Shown: in pieces, positions 36,997-46,700 of the stretch
How positions within the stretch are numbered: position 1 is the stretch's first letter
Layout: every line of letters begins with the position of its first letter
Source: a virus
Taxonomy: Duplodnaviria > Caudoviricetes
IMG/VR virus record: IMGVR_UViG_3300031998_000061
Location: 6,976-70,975 of that record
Reading direction: 5' to 3' (one strand)
DNA: 64,000 nucleotides
The notes under the pieces: model-generated
Told to the model about the DNA's origin: nothing
Databases searched by the model: none
Seen by the model: the letters and a program-made list of their open reading frames with translations, nothing else
Position numbers and translations under genes: made by a program

Positions 36997-37268
36997 GAGA
37001 CAACAGCATGAAAAAAGATGATGCAATCAAGATGATTCAGGAATCAGACTGCAACAATTTTACGGTAATCTGCGTATATCCTAAAAAAGTCTGTGATTTA
37101 TGCAAAAAGCCTAAAGACAGGGAATTTACAATAACGGCAAAGCACTGCTACGGATATAACGAAGCCGGAATAAAGCTCAAATATCCCGAATCACACGGAA
37201 GACGCATAACAAAGCATATCTGTACTGAATGTTTTGTTAAGCTGTTTCCCGAAGAAAAAGAAGAATAG
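36960..37268 (+). CDS. Hypothetical Cys-containing protein (likely start 37008)
   Basis: CDLC...CTEC; AGGAG SD. Confidence 0.6.
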   Translation: MGKNWQDLRLRIGDNSMKKDDAIKMIQESDCNNFTVICVYPKKVCDLCKKPKDREFTITAKHCYGYNEAGIKLKYPESHGRRITKHICTECFVKLFPEEKEE

Positions 37269-37587
37269 AGGTGATGTTATGTATAAGGCAAAACTGATAA
37301 CAGGCGAAGAAGTCTCTGTAATGCAGCATGACGACTGGAAAACGAGCATTGATGAAAATTTCAAGCCGGGAGACTATTTTGACGAAAATATAGCATGGGA
37401 TTTAATCAACAGCGTACCGCCGAAAAATTTAGACTGGGGTTATTTCCAACTGGGAGAGCCGCACAGTCACGTTGACGGAAAACCGACATATCTTACTCTT
37501 GTAAAGGCAAATGAACAGCCGGAATTTTGGCGTTTTCTCGGCTATTGTTACGCCGGAGAATATAAGAACATGGAGAAAGCACAATGA
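37234..37587 (+). CDS. Hypothetical protein (likely start 37278)
   Basis: GAGGTG SD; coupled to the next gene. Confidence 0.6.
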   Translation: MLSCFPKKKKNRGDVMYKAKLITGEEVSVMQHDDWKTSIDENFKPGDYFDENIAWDLINSVPPKNLDWGYFQLGEPHSHVDGKPTYLTLVKANEQPEFWRFLGYCYAGEYKNMEKAQ

Positions 37588-38012
37588 ACGCAATTCAAGA
37601 GGCGATAATTTTCGCTACAATCAAACACCAGAACCAGAAACGCAAGGGAACGGATATTCCTTACATAGTTCACCCTATGGAAGTAATGCAGATTCTTACA
37701 TCAATGAATTGCAAGGAACGCAAACAGGCAACTATAGATCATCTTGAAAAAGCGAACGTTAAAACAAAGCTCGTCTGTTTTGCAGATAAGCTGTCAAATA
37801 TTCGCAGCATGTACCGCGACAAGCAGCAGATAGGTGCTGACCTCTGGAAGCGTTTCAACGCAAGCAAAGAAGATATTGAATGGTATTACCGCGAAATATT
37901 ACGCGCGATAAGGTTAGGCGAATTCTGTTACAATGGTTATGTAGAAGGACATGCTTTTGTATGCCTTATCTGTGAATTTGAAGACACCATAAACGCCGTT
38001 TTCGCTGAATAA
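37584..38012 (+). CDS. Small alarmone hydrolase (Mesh1/SpoT HD family) homologue lacking the HD core
   Basis: AIIFATIKHQNQKRKGTDIPYIVHPMEV and LVCFADKLSNIRS present; LHD/ED segment absent. Confidence 0.75.
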   Translation: MNAIQEAIIFATIKHQNQKRKGTDIPYIVHPMEVMQILTSMNCKERKQATIDHLEKANVKTKLVCFADKLSNIRSMYRDKQQIGADLWKRFNASKEDIEWYYREILRAIRLGEFCYNGYVEGHAFVCLICEFEDTINAVFAE

Positions 38013-38024
38013 ATATGGAAAAAT

Positions 38025-38387
38025 ATGGAAAAACTTCGTTATTTTGACGGCTTAGACAAGCGCCATCTAAGAAACGCTATTCGTACTCTGATGAGATACA
38101 GAAAAGTAGAAATAGTCGAGGACTATGCAAATTCGTTAGGTATGAATTATATAAACAAGTGGAAAGGAAAATTACTCGATTATAAAATAGAATCCTATCC
38201 CGATTCAGCCCAATGCAAACTAATACTGCATATAAAAGAAGGACGCATAAAAAGAGAAATAGAATTTTATATACCTTATGATTCAGAAATTTATTTCGGC
38301 GACATAACAAAAGGTGAAAAATATATCATAGATTATATCAATAGTGGTCCACATTGTTATTACTCATTCAGGAAGGTTATAATATGA
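38025..38387 (+). CDS. Hypothetical protein, AT-rich
   Basis: ORF in operon. Confidence 0.6.
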   Translation: MEKLRYFDGLDKRHLRNAIRTLMRYRKVEIVEDYANSLGMNYINKWKGKLLDYKIESYPDSAQCKLILHIKEGRIKREIEFYIPYDSEIYFGDITKGEKYIIDYINSGPHCYYSFRKVII

Positions 38388-38677
38388 AAGATAAAGTTAG
38401 CGTTAATTATGTGTATACTTGGAAAAACTGCATTTTGGAAGACGATAACAGCCTTACTTTTGAAGAACATGATAACTATGCAGGTGGAATAATTTTATCC
38501 AAAAACTGGAAAGCGTATGGAGAAAGAACAAAAGACGGCAAACCCATAAATTATGTAAAAGACGTTGAAGAATTATTAAACAGATATAAGAAAGAAGACC
38601 TGGAATATTATAATAAAATTCAAACAATGTTTAAGAAAAATAAATATTTATTGCCAAAAGAAGAAGATTTTTCTTGA
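38354..38677 (+). CDS. Hypothetical protein, AT-rich (likely start 38384)
   Basis: ORF in operon. Confidence 0.55.
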   Translation: MLLLIQEGYNMKDKVSVNYVYTWKNCILEDDNSLTFEEHDNYAGGIILSKNWKAYGERTKDGKPINYVKDVEELLNRYKKEDLEYYNKIQTMFKKNKYLLPKEEDFS

Positions 38678-38807
38678 TTTCCGAACAACTGATAAAAAAA
38701 AGCCGCTGATTGCGCTTGTTTTGTGCCGGAATGTAATTTATCAAACAACAAATAAAACCCTCTTACAGCCCCGAATTTAGCCGATAAGAGGGTATTTATT
38801 GAAAGTT

Positions 38808-39011
38808 TTAGCTATTTATAAAATCGTTTATATCTCTTTCAGATATTATCTTTGCAGATTCTTCATAAACTGCAATTCCTTCATCCAGTCCTTTTTGATA
38901 TGCCTTTTTTAATTCTTTTCTCTGCTCTTCGTCAATTTCTCTACTGCCTATTTTATAGCCGATTTTTTCAAGTCTTGCGCAAAAGGTATTTAATTCAGTT
39001 CCGCTAATCAT
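38808..39011 (-). CDS. Hypothetical protein (67 aa)
   Basis: GAGG SD. Confidence 0.55.
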   Translation of the reverse strand: MISGTELNTFCARLEKIGYKIGSREIDEEQRKELKKAYQKGLDEGIAVYEESAKIISERDINDFINS

Positions 39012-39053
39012 TTTTCTTTTTCCTGCCTCAATTAGTTTATCGGCAGAAAAAAT

Positions 39054-39081
39054 AAAAAAAAGCCGTGATAATTCACGGCTT
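39054..39081 (-). terminator. Intrinsic terminator
   Basis: AAGCCGTGA/TCACGGCTT stem plus U tract. Confidence 0.8.
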
Positions 39082-39101
39082 GATTAGTCTTTATTTATTA
39101 G

Positions 39102-39281
39102 TTAAGCAGCAGCAATTTCTGCCATACGCTGTTTTGCGTATTCCTCTGTACAACCGCCCCACATTATATCAACGCAATTAGGACGTTCTTCAAGTTTTTT
39201 GGTTTTTGCGTTAAAGGCGTACTGCTTGCCGTCTTTATCAATGGCATAAACCCAATCGTTATCGTCAAGGTAGTAATTCAT
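39102..39281 (-). CDS. 59-aa ORF directly after the synthetase (not in the ORF track); candidate immunity protein
   Basis: MNYYLDDNDWVYAIDKDGKQYAFNAKTKKLEERPNCVDIMWGGCTEEYAKQRMAEIAAA; GGGGG SD; own promoter TTGAAA-17-TATATT at 39303-39331. Confidence 0.75.
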   Translation of the reverse strand: MNYYLDDNDWVYAIDKDGKQYAFNAKTKKLEERPNCVDIMWGGCTEEYAKQRMAEIAAA

Positions 39282-39336
39282 ATTTAACCCCCTTACACTT
39301 TTAATATAAACCTAAAGGCTTATTTTTTCAAGTGAA

Positions 39337-40590
39337 TTATCGTATATAATCAATCAAGTTCTCAAAGTGCTTTACAGTCTCTTCATTCAAAGCACCTTCT
39401 GACTTAGCCTGATTGAAAAGCGGCATTGCACTGTTTACATAACCTCTGATTGCAGCTGCATAAGGTTCATGCTTATAGCCGCCGTCAAAAATATTTGCGT
39501 TACCGTCCTTGCCTTTTGGTATATTGTCGGTCGGGAAATTTCCTTCCCTTGAATATTTGTTAGAAAGTCCGTAAAGGTCTGTCTGTGCCTTACCCATAAT
39601 ATCGGCAAGTTTTGCATATTTCGGATTGCTTGCAACAGAGCGGAAAACTTCATAAAGTGCATGACCATAACGCTCTTTTGCAACCATGTTAGCGGTAGTA
39701 TTTACCTGCAATTCGACAATCGCGCCGTTTGAAAGTCTGACATTTGCGTTAATGTCGGAATATCCGACAGGTGACGGCTTGCCGAAATTATTTTTTATTC
39801 TTGCAACTTCTTTCATGCCGTCAAGGTGTTTAAGCACGTTCGCAACATCTTCAACGCTGTTCAAGCAGATTGTATGTCCGTCACAATCGCGGATTGTACG
39901 GCAATGATAAGTGTCTGTCTTTTTATCATAAACAACATCTTTGCAACCGTTAAGGTCATTCTGTTTCTGGTCTTCACGCAGCTTTTCTTTGATTCGTTTT
40001 TCGCTCTTCAAAGTTGCTCTTTTCATTACAATAGGGTTGAGCGCAAGGAATTTCTGACAGATACCGTCTGTAATACCGCTGAATTCGCCGCGCACGGCTT
40101 CGATTGTCTTATACAAGCCGTCAATCGAATCGCAAGATTCCGGCTGCAAACCGTTTGTACCGCGCCAACCTGGTTTAACGCTGTTTGCGTCCATAAGTCC
40201 GCGTATCGCGTCATTCGGGTTAATCATCTTAGTAACCTGTTTTACATCTTCATGCTTTACACGGAACATCTGACCTTTTGCCTTGCCTGTGCCTTTAACT
40301 GTTACGCCGTCCGCTCCGATTCCGACAATCTGCCCTGTCAAATCAGTTCCGCCCTGATTGAAGACAATGCAGTCGCCTCTGGTATGCGCGTATGAATGCA
40401 TTTTTCCTTCTTCTTTCGGCTCTGCATTGCCTTTGGCTTGCTGCTTTCCGGCTTCATCATTTTTGACCCATACATCGCGCTGGTGTCCGTTTTTGTCAGT
40501 TATCCGTTTCTTGTGGAGCTTTGAAGTGTCTTTCTTGCCGAAAGATTTAACCATTTCATCATAAAGCCCGCGCTTGAACATTATTTTCAT
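39337..40590 (-). CDS. RelA/SpoT-type small alarmone synthetase domain protein with N-terminal virion-targeting-like motif
   Basis: LKSEKRIKEKL, IRDCDGHTI, GYSDIN, VELQVNT..M..KE.YGHALYE. Confidence 0.8.
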   Translation of the reverse strand: MKIMFKRGLYDEMVKSFGKKDTSKLHKKRITDKNGHQRDVWVKNDEAGKQQAKGNAEPKEEGKMHSYAHTRGDCIVFNQGGTDLTGQIVGIGADGVTVKGTGKAKGQMFRVKHEDVKQVTKMINPNDAIRGLMDANSVKPGWRGTNGLQPESCDSIDGLYKTIEAVRGEFSGITDGICQKFLALNPIVMKRATLKSEKRIKEKLREDQKQNDLNGCKDVVYDKKTDTYHCRTIRDCDGHTICLNSVEDVANVLKHLDGMKEVARIKNNFGKPSPVGYSDINANVRLSNGAIVELQVNTTANMVAKERYGHALYEVFRSVASNPKYAKLADIMGKAQTDLYGLSNKYSREGNFPTDNIPKGKDGNANIFDGGYKHEPYAAAIRGYVNSAMPLFNQAKSEGALNEETVKHFENLIDYIR

Positions 40591-40602
40591 TTTGCCACCC
40601 CT

Positions 40603-43600
40603 TTATGCAATATCTGAAAGAACCTCTGCAACAAGCTGTCTTGTTGTCTGTTCTTTTCTTACAATGTTTGTTAATAATTCTTGAACTGATTTCTTAATCT
40701 CAAGAAACTTCTCCATAAGGCTCTGCTTGCTTTCAACGCCGCCGATAAAGATGTCCATTTCGCCGTTTGCGCTCTGCTGCAAACCTGTGCCCAAATCTTT
40801 CATGCGGTTTGCAAAAGCCTTTTCACCTTCATCGTGAATCAGCTTTGCGAGCTTTCCTGTCACTTCGTCCGGCTTCTTTTCTCCGAACAAAGAACCTTGC
40901 GCAAGATAAGTCTCTACGTCTGGATATGTCTTGTGGTCTTTCGCAACGTTTACGGCAATATCAACAGCTTCGTTCAGCTCATTGTTGAAAGAATATTCCT
41001 TGCCGTTTCCCTTGTTCTCAATCAGCGGAAGGATTGCCCTTACAAGTTTCTGTCTGATTCTCTTTCCGCCCGCGCTGTCGAGCTTTCTGATGTTGTTTTC
41101 ATTGAGCACTGAACCGACAAGAACGGTTTCGACAAAATCTTTTCCAGTATCGTTCAAAGTGCCGTCTGACTTGCAGTATTGAGCCTTTTCGTTATCGCCG
41201 ATAATTCCGGCTTCAATCAGCTTTGAAACAAACTTCTGACAACCTGTAGCGTCGTTGTATAGATCGCTCATTGTGTCATAGTTCGAAAGTTCACCGGCTA
41301 TTGATGATATTTTCTCTTCATTCAGCGTTTTTGTGAGCTTTACGGCTTTTTCGACATTGCTCATAGTCTTTTTTGTGTCGCGGTTGAATTGCGCGAATTC
41401 TTCCGTCGTATAATCGCCCTTGTGCTCTTCGTCAACCTCAAGAATAAGACGAGGATTCTTGAATCCGTCCAAGTCGCTTTCTTCAAGTCCGTATTCGTCT
41501 ATCATGTCGCGCAAATCGTTCAAATATGCCTTGTCAGTGCCGTTTTTCGCGGCAAGTTTGCTTGACATAGTGCGGTTGTTGCCAGAAATAACAATACCGT
41601 CTTTTGTGACAATCGGCGGTGATTCAAGCGCAAGGGAATTGAAGTTAGCTGCAATCTTTCTTACGCTTTCCTGCGCGTCTTTGTCATTCTGATAGTCGCG
41701 GTCATTTATGTTTTGTCCGTTTTCATTCTTCGGAAATCCCTTTGTAGGCGCATAGCTGACTTCATCATGGCTTGCAGTCGGCGCGTCAGCTTCTACGAGC
41801 TTATAATGGCACTTTATCTTTGTACCGTCCGGCAGAGTAACAGTCTTTTTGTTTCCCTCTATGCTTTTTGATGATTCATACTTCTTGCGAATATCAGAAA
41901 TTCCACTTGAATTTTTTCCAGATTGTGATATATTTGAATCAGAGGTACGAAGCGTTTCGGACGTTTGCCCGGGGTTTTTCATCGGTGCGTCTGCCCTTTT
42001 TTCACGATATGCCGTAACAAGCGACAAATCGCCTTTTCTTGCTCTAAACTCCATAATTAGATTTATACCGTTTTCAACTTCTTCAACGAATCTTATTACG
42101 TCGTTATTCTGATGCTTTTCATCTTCAAGTGTGATTTCATTTGTAGAGTTTACAATTTCACCGATTCTTTCTAAATCAGACAGGTTTATATGGTGCTCTG
42201 GCTTTTTCATTGCATGACGAATTTCACCACTATCAAGAATGATTCTGTTTACATCTTTGCCTGTCTTATCCTTAATTCTTTCTTTTGCAGAATCAGAAAC
42301 ACTTCCTAAACTAATACGGCGTTCCTCTTTTGTATTTATTGCATCTTTTAAGAATTGTTTTACTTCTTCTTTTGTAGCCGTTTTAAGTTTCTTAGAATCA
42401 TCTTTCGGCGGTTCATCGCCGCCATTGCCACCGTCTGGATTTTCTTCTTTTTTCTTGCCTTTCGGAATGTCTTTCAGAATATCCAGTGCATACTGGAGAC
42501 GCATTTTTATAGACTTGCCGTTTATTTCGAAAATTTGAATTGTATTTGTTTGTTTTTTTAGCTTGTCGTAGATGCCTTTTATCTTGCTTTCTGGAAGTTT
42601 GGAAAAATCTTTTTTAAAACCATCAATCTCTCTATCATAAAGCTCTTTGTCATAAAGTGCCGTTGTTTCCATCTTTTCAAAACCAATATCGGGATGCAAA
42701 GATATATCACGGTTAATGCCATGAACGAAAACGTCGTATCTGCCTTTAAGCTCTTTTGATGGAACAAACGCTATATCCTTTTCTGCATTGTAATATGAGC
42801 CGTCGTCTGTCTTTTTGTAGCCATTGCTTTCAAATGTTTCTTCTATCGTGCCGTCTTTCTTAGCGTTCTGGTTTCCCTTCATCGCGTCGCTTCGGTTCTG
42901 GTGCTTTTCTGCTTCTGATTCTTTTTCTTCATTCTCATGTTTCCAACTATGCACAAGATTGCTCAATGCACCTTCGTTCCAGTCGTCGCCGTGACCGTCC
43001 TTTTTGTCTGCGTCATATATGAACTTATGCGTTGATTCGATACCGTCTTTTTCAACAGACACATAGCCGTTTTTTACGTTTACTTTGAAACCTTCATAAT
43101 ATTTTTTGCCTTTCATGTAGTTTTCAAGTTTTTCTTTTGCATTCGTATCTTTCTGCTTTTTCCCTTCGATTTTGTCATTTCTTGCTGAAACATAATCAGA
43201 AAGTTCCTTCACAAACGGCAGCGGTCTGCCTTTATCGTCAGAGAATCTTTCGCGGTTTTCAAGAATAAGCTGCAAAAGCTCTTCTGAACTTTCGCAAGCG
43301 TCTGCTTTTCTTTTAAGAGCTGCAATAGAAAGTTTTGCGCCTCTTGAATTGCTGTCGTATTTCGGTCTCCACTTGTTCGGCGCAACCTTAATATATTTTC
43401 TTCCCTTCCATTCGCGGATAGTTCCGACTGGATAACCGGCTTTCTGCAAATTCTCTGCATCAAGAATCGCTTTTTTTACCTCTTCATGTTCCTTGTCTTG
43501 CAGGGAAGCAAGATGTTCAAGAACCTTTTTCTTGAAATAATCGAACTTTGAATCTTTTTCAGAAGTTTTTTCCTGTACAGACTTCTGAACACATTTATGA

Positions 43601-43614
43601 AATACAATTCTCAT
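40603..43614 (-). CDS. Polyvalent DarA/DdrB-like protein: PBECR-type nuclease-fold domain plus DdrB-like ParB domain
   Basis: KAGYPVGTIREWKGRKYIK; IILDSGEIRHAMK...LSLVTAY; YKLVEA...ASHD...NDRDY...PPIVTKDGIVISGNNRTM. Confidence 0.75.
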   Translation of the reverse strand: MRIVFHKCVQKSVQEKTSEKDSKFDYFKKKVLEHLASLQDKEHEEVKKAILDAENLQKAGYPVGTIREWKGRKYIKVAPNKWRPKYDSNSRGAKLSIAALKRKADACESSEELLQLILENRERFSDDKGRPLPFVKELSDYVSARNDKIEGKKQKDTNAKEKLENYMKGKKYYEGFKVNVKNGYVSVEKDGIESTHKFIYDADKKDGHGDDWNEGALSNLVHSWKHENEEKESEAEKHQNRSDAMKGNQNAKKDGTIEETFESNGYKKTDDGSYYNAEKDIAFVPSKELKGRYDVFVHGINRDISLHPDIGFEKMETTALYDKELYDREIDGFKKDFSKLPESKIKGIYDKLKKQTNTIQIFEINGKSIKMRLQYALDILKDIPKGKKKEENPDGGNGGDEPPKDDSKKLKTATKEEVKQFLKDAINTKEERRISLGSVSDSAKERIKDKTGKDVNRIILDSGEIRHAMKKPEHHINLSDLERIGEIVNSTNEITLEDEKHQNNDVIRFVEEVENGINLIMEFRARKGDLSLVTAYREKRADAPMKNPGQTSETLRTSDSNISQSGKNSSGISDIRKKYESSKSIEGNKKTVTLPDGTKIKCHYKLVEADAPTASHDEVSYAPTKGFPKNENGQNINDRDYQNDKDAQESVRKIAANFNSLALESPPIVTKDGIVISGNNRTMSSKLAAKNGTDKAYLNDLRDMIDEYGLEESDLDGFKNPRLILEVDEEHKGDYTTEEFAQFNRDTKKTMSNVEKAVKLTKTLNEEKISSIAGELSNYDTMSDLYNDATGCQKFVSKLIEAGIIGDNEKAQYCKSDGTLNDTGKDFVETVLVGSVLNENNIRKLDSAGGKRIRQKLVRAILPLIENKGNGKEYSFNNELNEAVDIAVNVAKDHKTYPDVETYLAQGSLFGEKKPDEVTGKLAKLIHDEGEKAFANRMKDLGTGLQQSANGEMDIFIGGVESKQSLMEKFLEIKKSVQELLTNIVRKEQTTRQLVAEVLSDIA

Positions 43615-43633
43615 GAAAATCCCCCTCAGTGAT

Positions 43634-43681
43634 AAAAAAAGCCGGTTATCTCAAGGGAAAAACCCTTAAAGATAACCGGCT
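43634..43681 (-). terminator. Intrinsic terminator just upstream of the DarA-like gene
   Basis: GCCGGTTATCT/AGATAACCGGC stem plus U7. Confidence 0.8.
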
Positions 43682-43753
43682 CTGCAAGCAGCATGAAACC
43701 ATTCAATCGTTTAAGCAATTTTTAGTATAAACTCACACTGTCTGTTTAATCAA

Positions 43754-46700
43754 TCAACTGTAAAATGCGCTTTTTCTAAGATAAAACCGTCCGTTTTTAT
43801 CAAAATAACACCAAGACTTGCTGACATTGCCGCGTCCGAAACGCTTGTCATTTTCAGCCTTAATCTTTTCTTTCCACTCATCATCCATAGGGTGAAGGTC
43901 GTTCATAATGTTATCAACGTTCTGTTTTACAAGCTCATCAACAGTAAGAAGATTTTTCTTGTTGGCTTCGTTATATGCAACGGCTTCAACATAGAACTGA
44001 TCTCTCATGCTCTTAGCCTTGTCAACATTATCTCGCGCCTCTTCCATGAGCTTTACATAGTCCTGAATTTTTTGCTCGCAATCTTCTTTTGTTTTCAAGC
44101 CCTTAGATTCAAGATATTTCTTGCAAGACTTGCGCGTATCATTCAGCTTTTTAAAGTTATTGTTGTACTGCTTGATAAGGTTCTTTGATTCAGCTGCTTT
44201 ATCCTCGTTGTTAGCAATGCCTCTTTCCATATCTGCTATTGCTTCCTCGTAACCTTTCTTACCGTCGAAGTAATTCCATGCGATAGTAATTCCTGCGACA
44301 TCGTACTTTTTTAAGTTTTCTCTGTCGTTATGGTTATAAGAATCTTCCTTGCCCTTAAAGTCCTTCTTGAACTTTGCAAGCATTTCTTTAATAGCGTTGA
44401 TATTTTCCTTTCGTTCATTGATTTTCTTTTCTTCTGCCTCAACACCTTCAAAACGCCAGTTCACGCCGTTCTTTGCCTCTTCTGCAATGGTTTCATCGCT
44501 CTTGAAAGCAACGTCAATCTGCTTGTGCATAACGTCGATGAGCTGCGCATACATTTTCTGGTCGCTCTTGTTCTTTTCGGTGAACTCCATAACTTGCAAA
44601 TCTGCTCTTTTGTTCGGGTCTTTAATAAGCGCAAATTTCAGCTCTTCTGGGTTTACATCGTTTGAATTCATCAAGTCGCCTTTGTAAGAGTAGAGGTCGT
44701 CCGTGCGAGATGATTTTTCATCATGCTTCTGGTAAATCATCGGGTCAAGTGAATCGTGCATAAGCGGCGTTACACAATGAACAATTCCCTGATGATTGCC
44801 CTGTCTCCAGCCGCGTCCCCAAAGCTGCTGAACATCAGTCGGATTCCATTCGAGCTGTGCGCAATAAATAGCAGTTGTATTGCCGTTGAGCGTTACACCT
44901 TCTTTAATGTCCTGACCGCCGATAATGACCTTGCACTTGCCGTCAACATCGTTGAAATCGTTCTTAATTTCTTCGCGCCTGTCCAACAGTTTGCCGGTGC
45001 TGCCTTTCGGCATTATTTCAATAGCTTCTTTCGGGATTCCGTGCTTAATCAGATAGTTCTTTACCTGCGGATGCTGTTCAACGCCAAGCGGCATGTACAT
45101 AATTTGTCCGTTTTTCGGTTCTTTTTTGTACTGTGCAACGATTGAATCACAGATAAACTTCAATTTTGGAGAAGATTCTACAATTTCGCTCATCGGCGGC
45201 ACTTCGTAACCGTCCGGGATAAAGCTGGAATCTACAAGAGCAGGGCTTAATGCGCAATTCCGCATTGCATTCATCGCGCGGAACATATAACCGTCGTCAC
45301 GTTTATCTTTTGGCAAACCTTCCTGTTCCTCAATATATGCTGAACATTCGTCCATTATTGCATTTTGAAGTTCTGTAAGCTCAAGTTCCGGCGCATGCAT
45401 TCTCTTGTAAGGTCTTACAACTCCTGCCTCTTCGCCGTCAACTTTATCCATGTAGTTTGTAAGCAAGCCTTGCAATTCCGTAAGATTTTCAAAGCCTTTA
45501 ACTACAGGTGCTTCCGTTACACGGTTAGCCTTTACAACATACTCACGCTGCACTTTGCAGAAGTTTGAAATAAACTGCTCAAGTGAGTAATAGCCCATTT
45601 CTTTCAGCTTGTCACGCGCCATATAAGACAGAATCGAATAAACCTCTGTCGGTGAATTCTGGAATGGTGTAGCACTTAACAGGAATGTGTTTCTACCGTC
45701 ATTGTGACGCTGAATTAATTGCGTAATTGCAAAAAGTTTCATTGCACGGTTAGAAGGGTCTCCGCCGCTTCCAAGACCGTCAAATTCGTTGCTTTCTCCC
45801 TGTTCGCTTTCACCTTTTTTATTCATGTGCTTAGGCATTTTGAACAAGTTGCGGAAGTTGTGCACTTCGTCAACGGTAATATGGTCAAAACCCAAATCCG
45901 AGAACTGTACACCTTCATCGCGTGTTTTTGTCATGCCGCCTACGGTTTCGGCTGCCTTTTCTGATTCGCTTGCTCGCTGTCTTTTTGACTTCTCGCCTGT
46001 AGACATCATAGCTCCGAATTCAACATCATCTTGAATTTCAGCTTCTTCGGCTTCATTAAATCCGATGTTTTCCAGTCCTTCGTAAGTACATACTGAAATA
46101 GAACCGTCTTCAATCTTCATTCCGTCATTCCAATAATCCTTAGAAAAGTTTCCAAGCTCATTTACTTTAATATCCGGGAATAACTGATGAATTGATTTTA
46201 TCCAGTTCTTATAAACAGGTTTCGGAACACAAATAAGCGGTCTCTTGCTCCGTCCAGTCTGAATCTGGTTTACGGTCGCAACAATACCGCAAGCAGTTTT
46301 TCCTACACCTACATCATAAGCAAGCAAGCCTGTGCCCTTATTGCAGAGCATTGAAATACCTTTCAGCTGTTGCGGCAAAAGGTTGAATTCTTTCTTTCCC
46401 TTGTGTGTGCTCATGTTATCCACAAAGAGCGGAATCTGTGAGTAATCTGGATTTACAAAAGAATTTGCCTTATCGTTCCATGCTTCTATAAGGTCTTTCT
46501 GGTCTTCTATGCTCAAACCTTCTGACAAATAACGGTTGAACAGCTTGATTGCAGTATCGCGTCTAAGCTGCTTTTTGCGTTCACGGTATCTTGTTTGACC
46601 TTTCTTATCGTCAGTTCCGGCTTCTCCACGGTCAAGCCTTAACGCTTCTTTGTTGATAAACGCCTTAATATCATTGAAACTCAATTCAGCAGGAATTTCA

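Noticed and set aside
43682-43712. Possible third copy of the 27-nt leader motif (CGATTGAATGGTTTCATGCTGC on the minus strand)
   Set aside because: Only patchy similarity that requires a gap; not distinguishable from chance by eye
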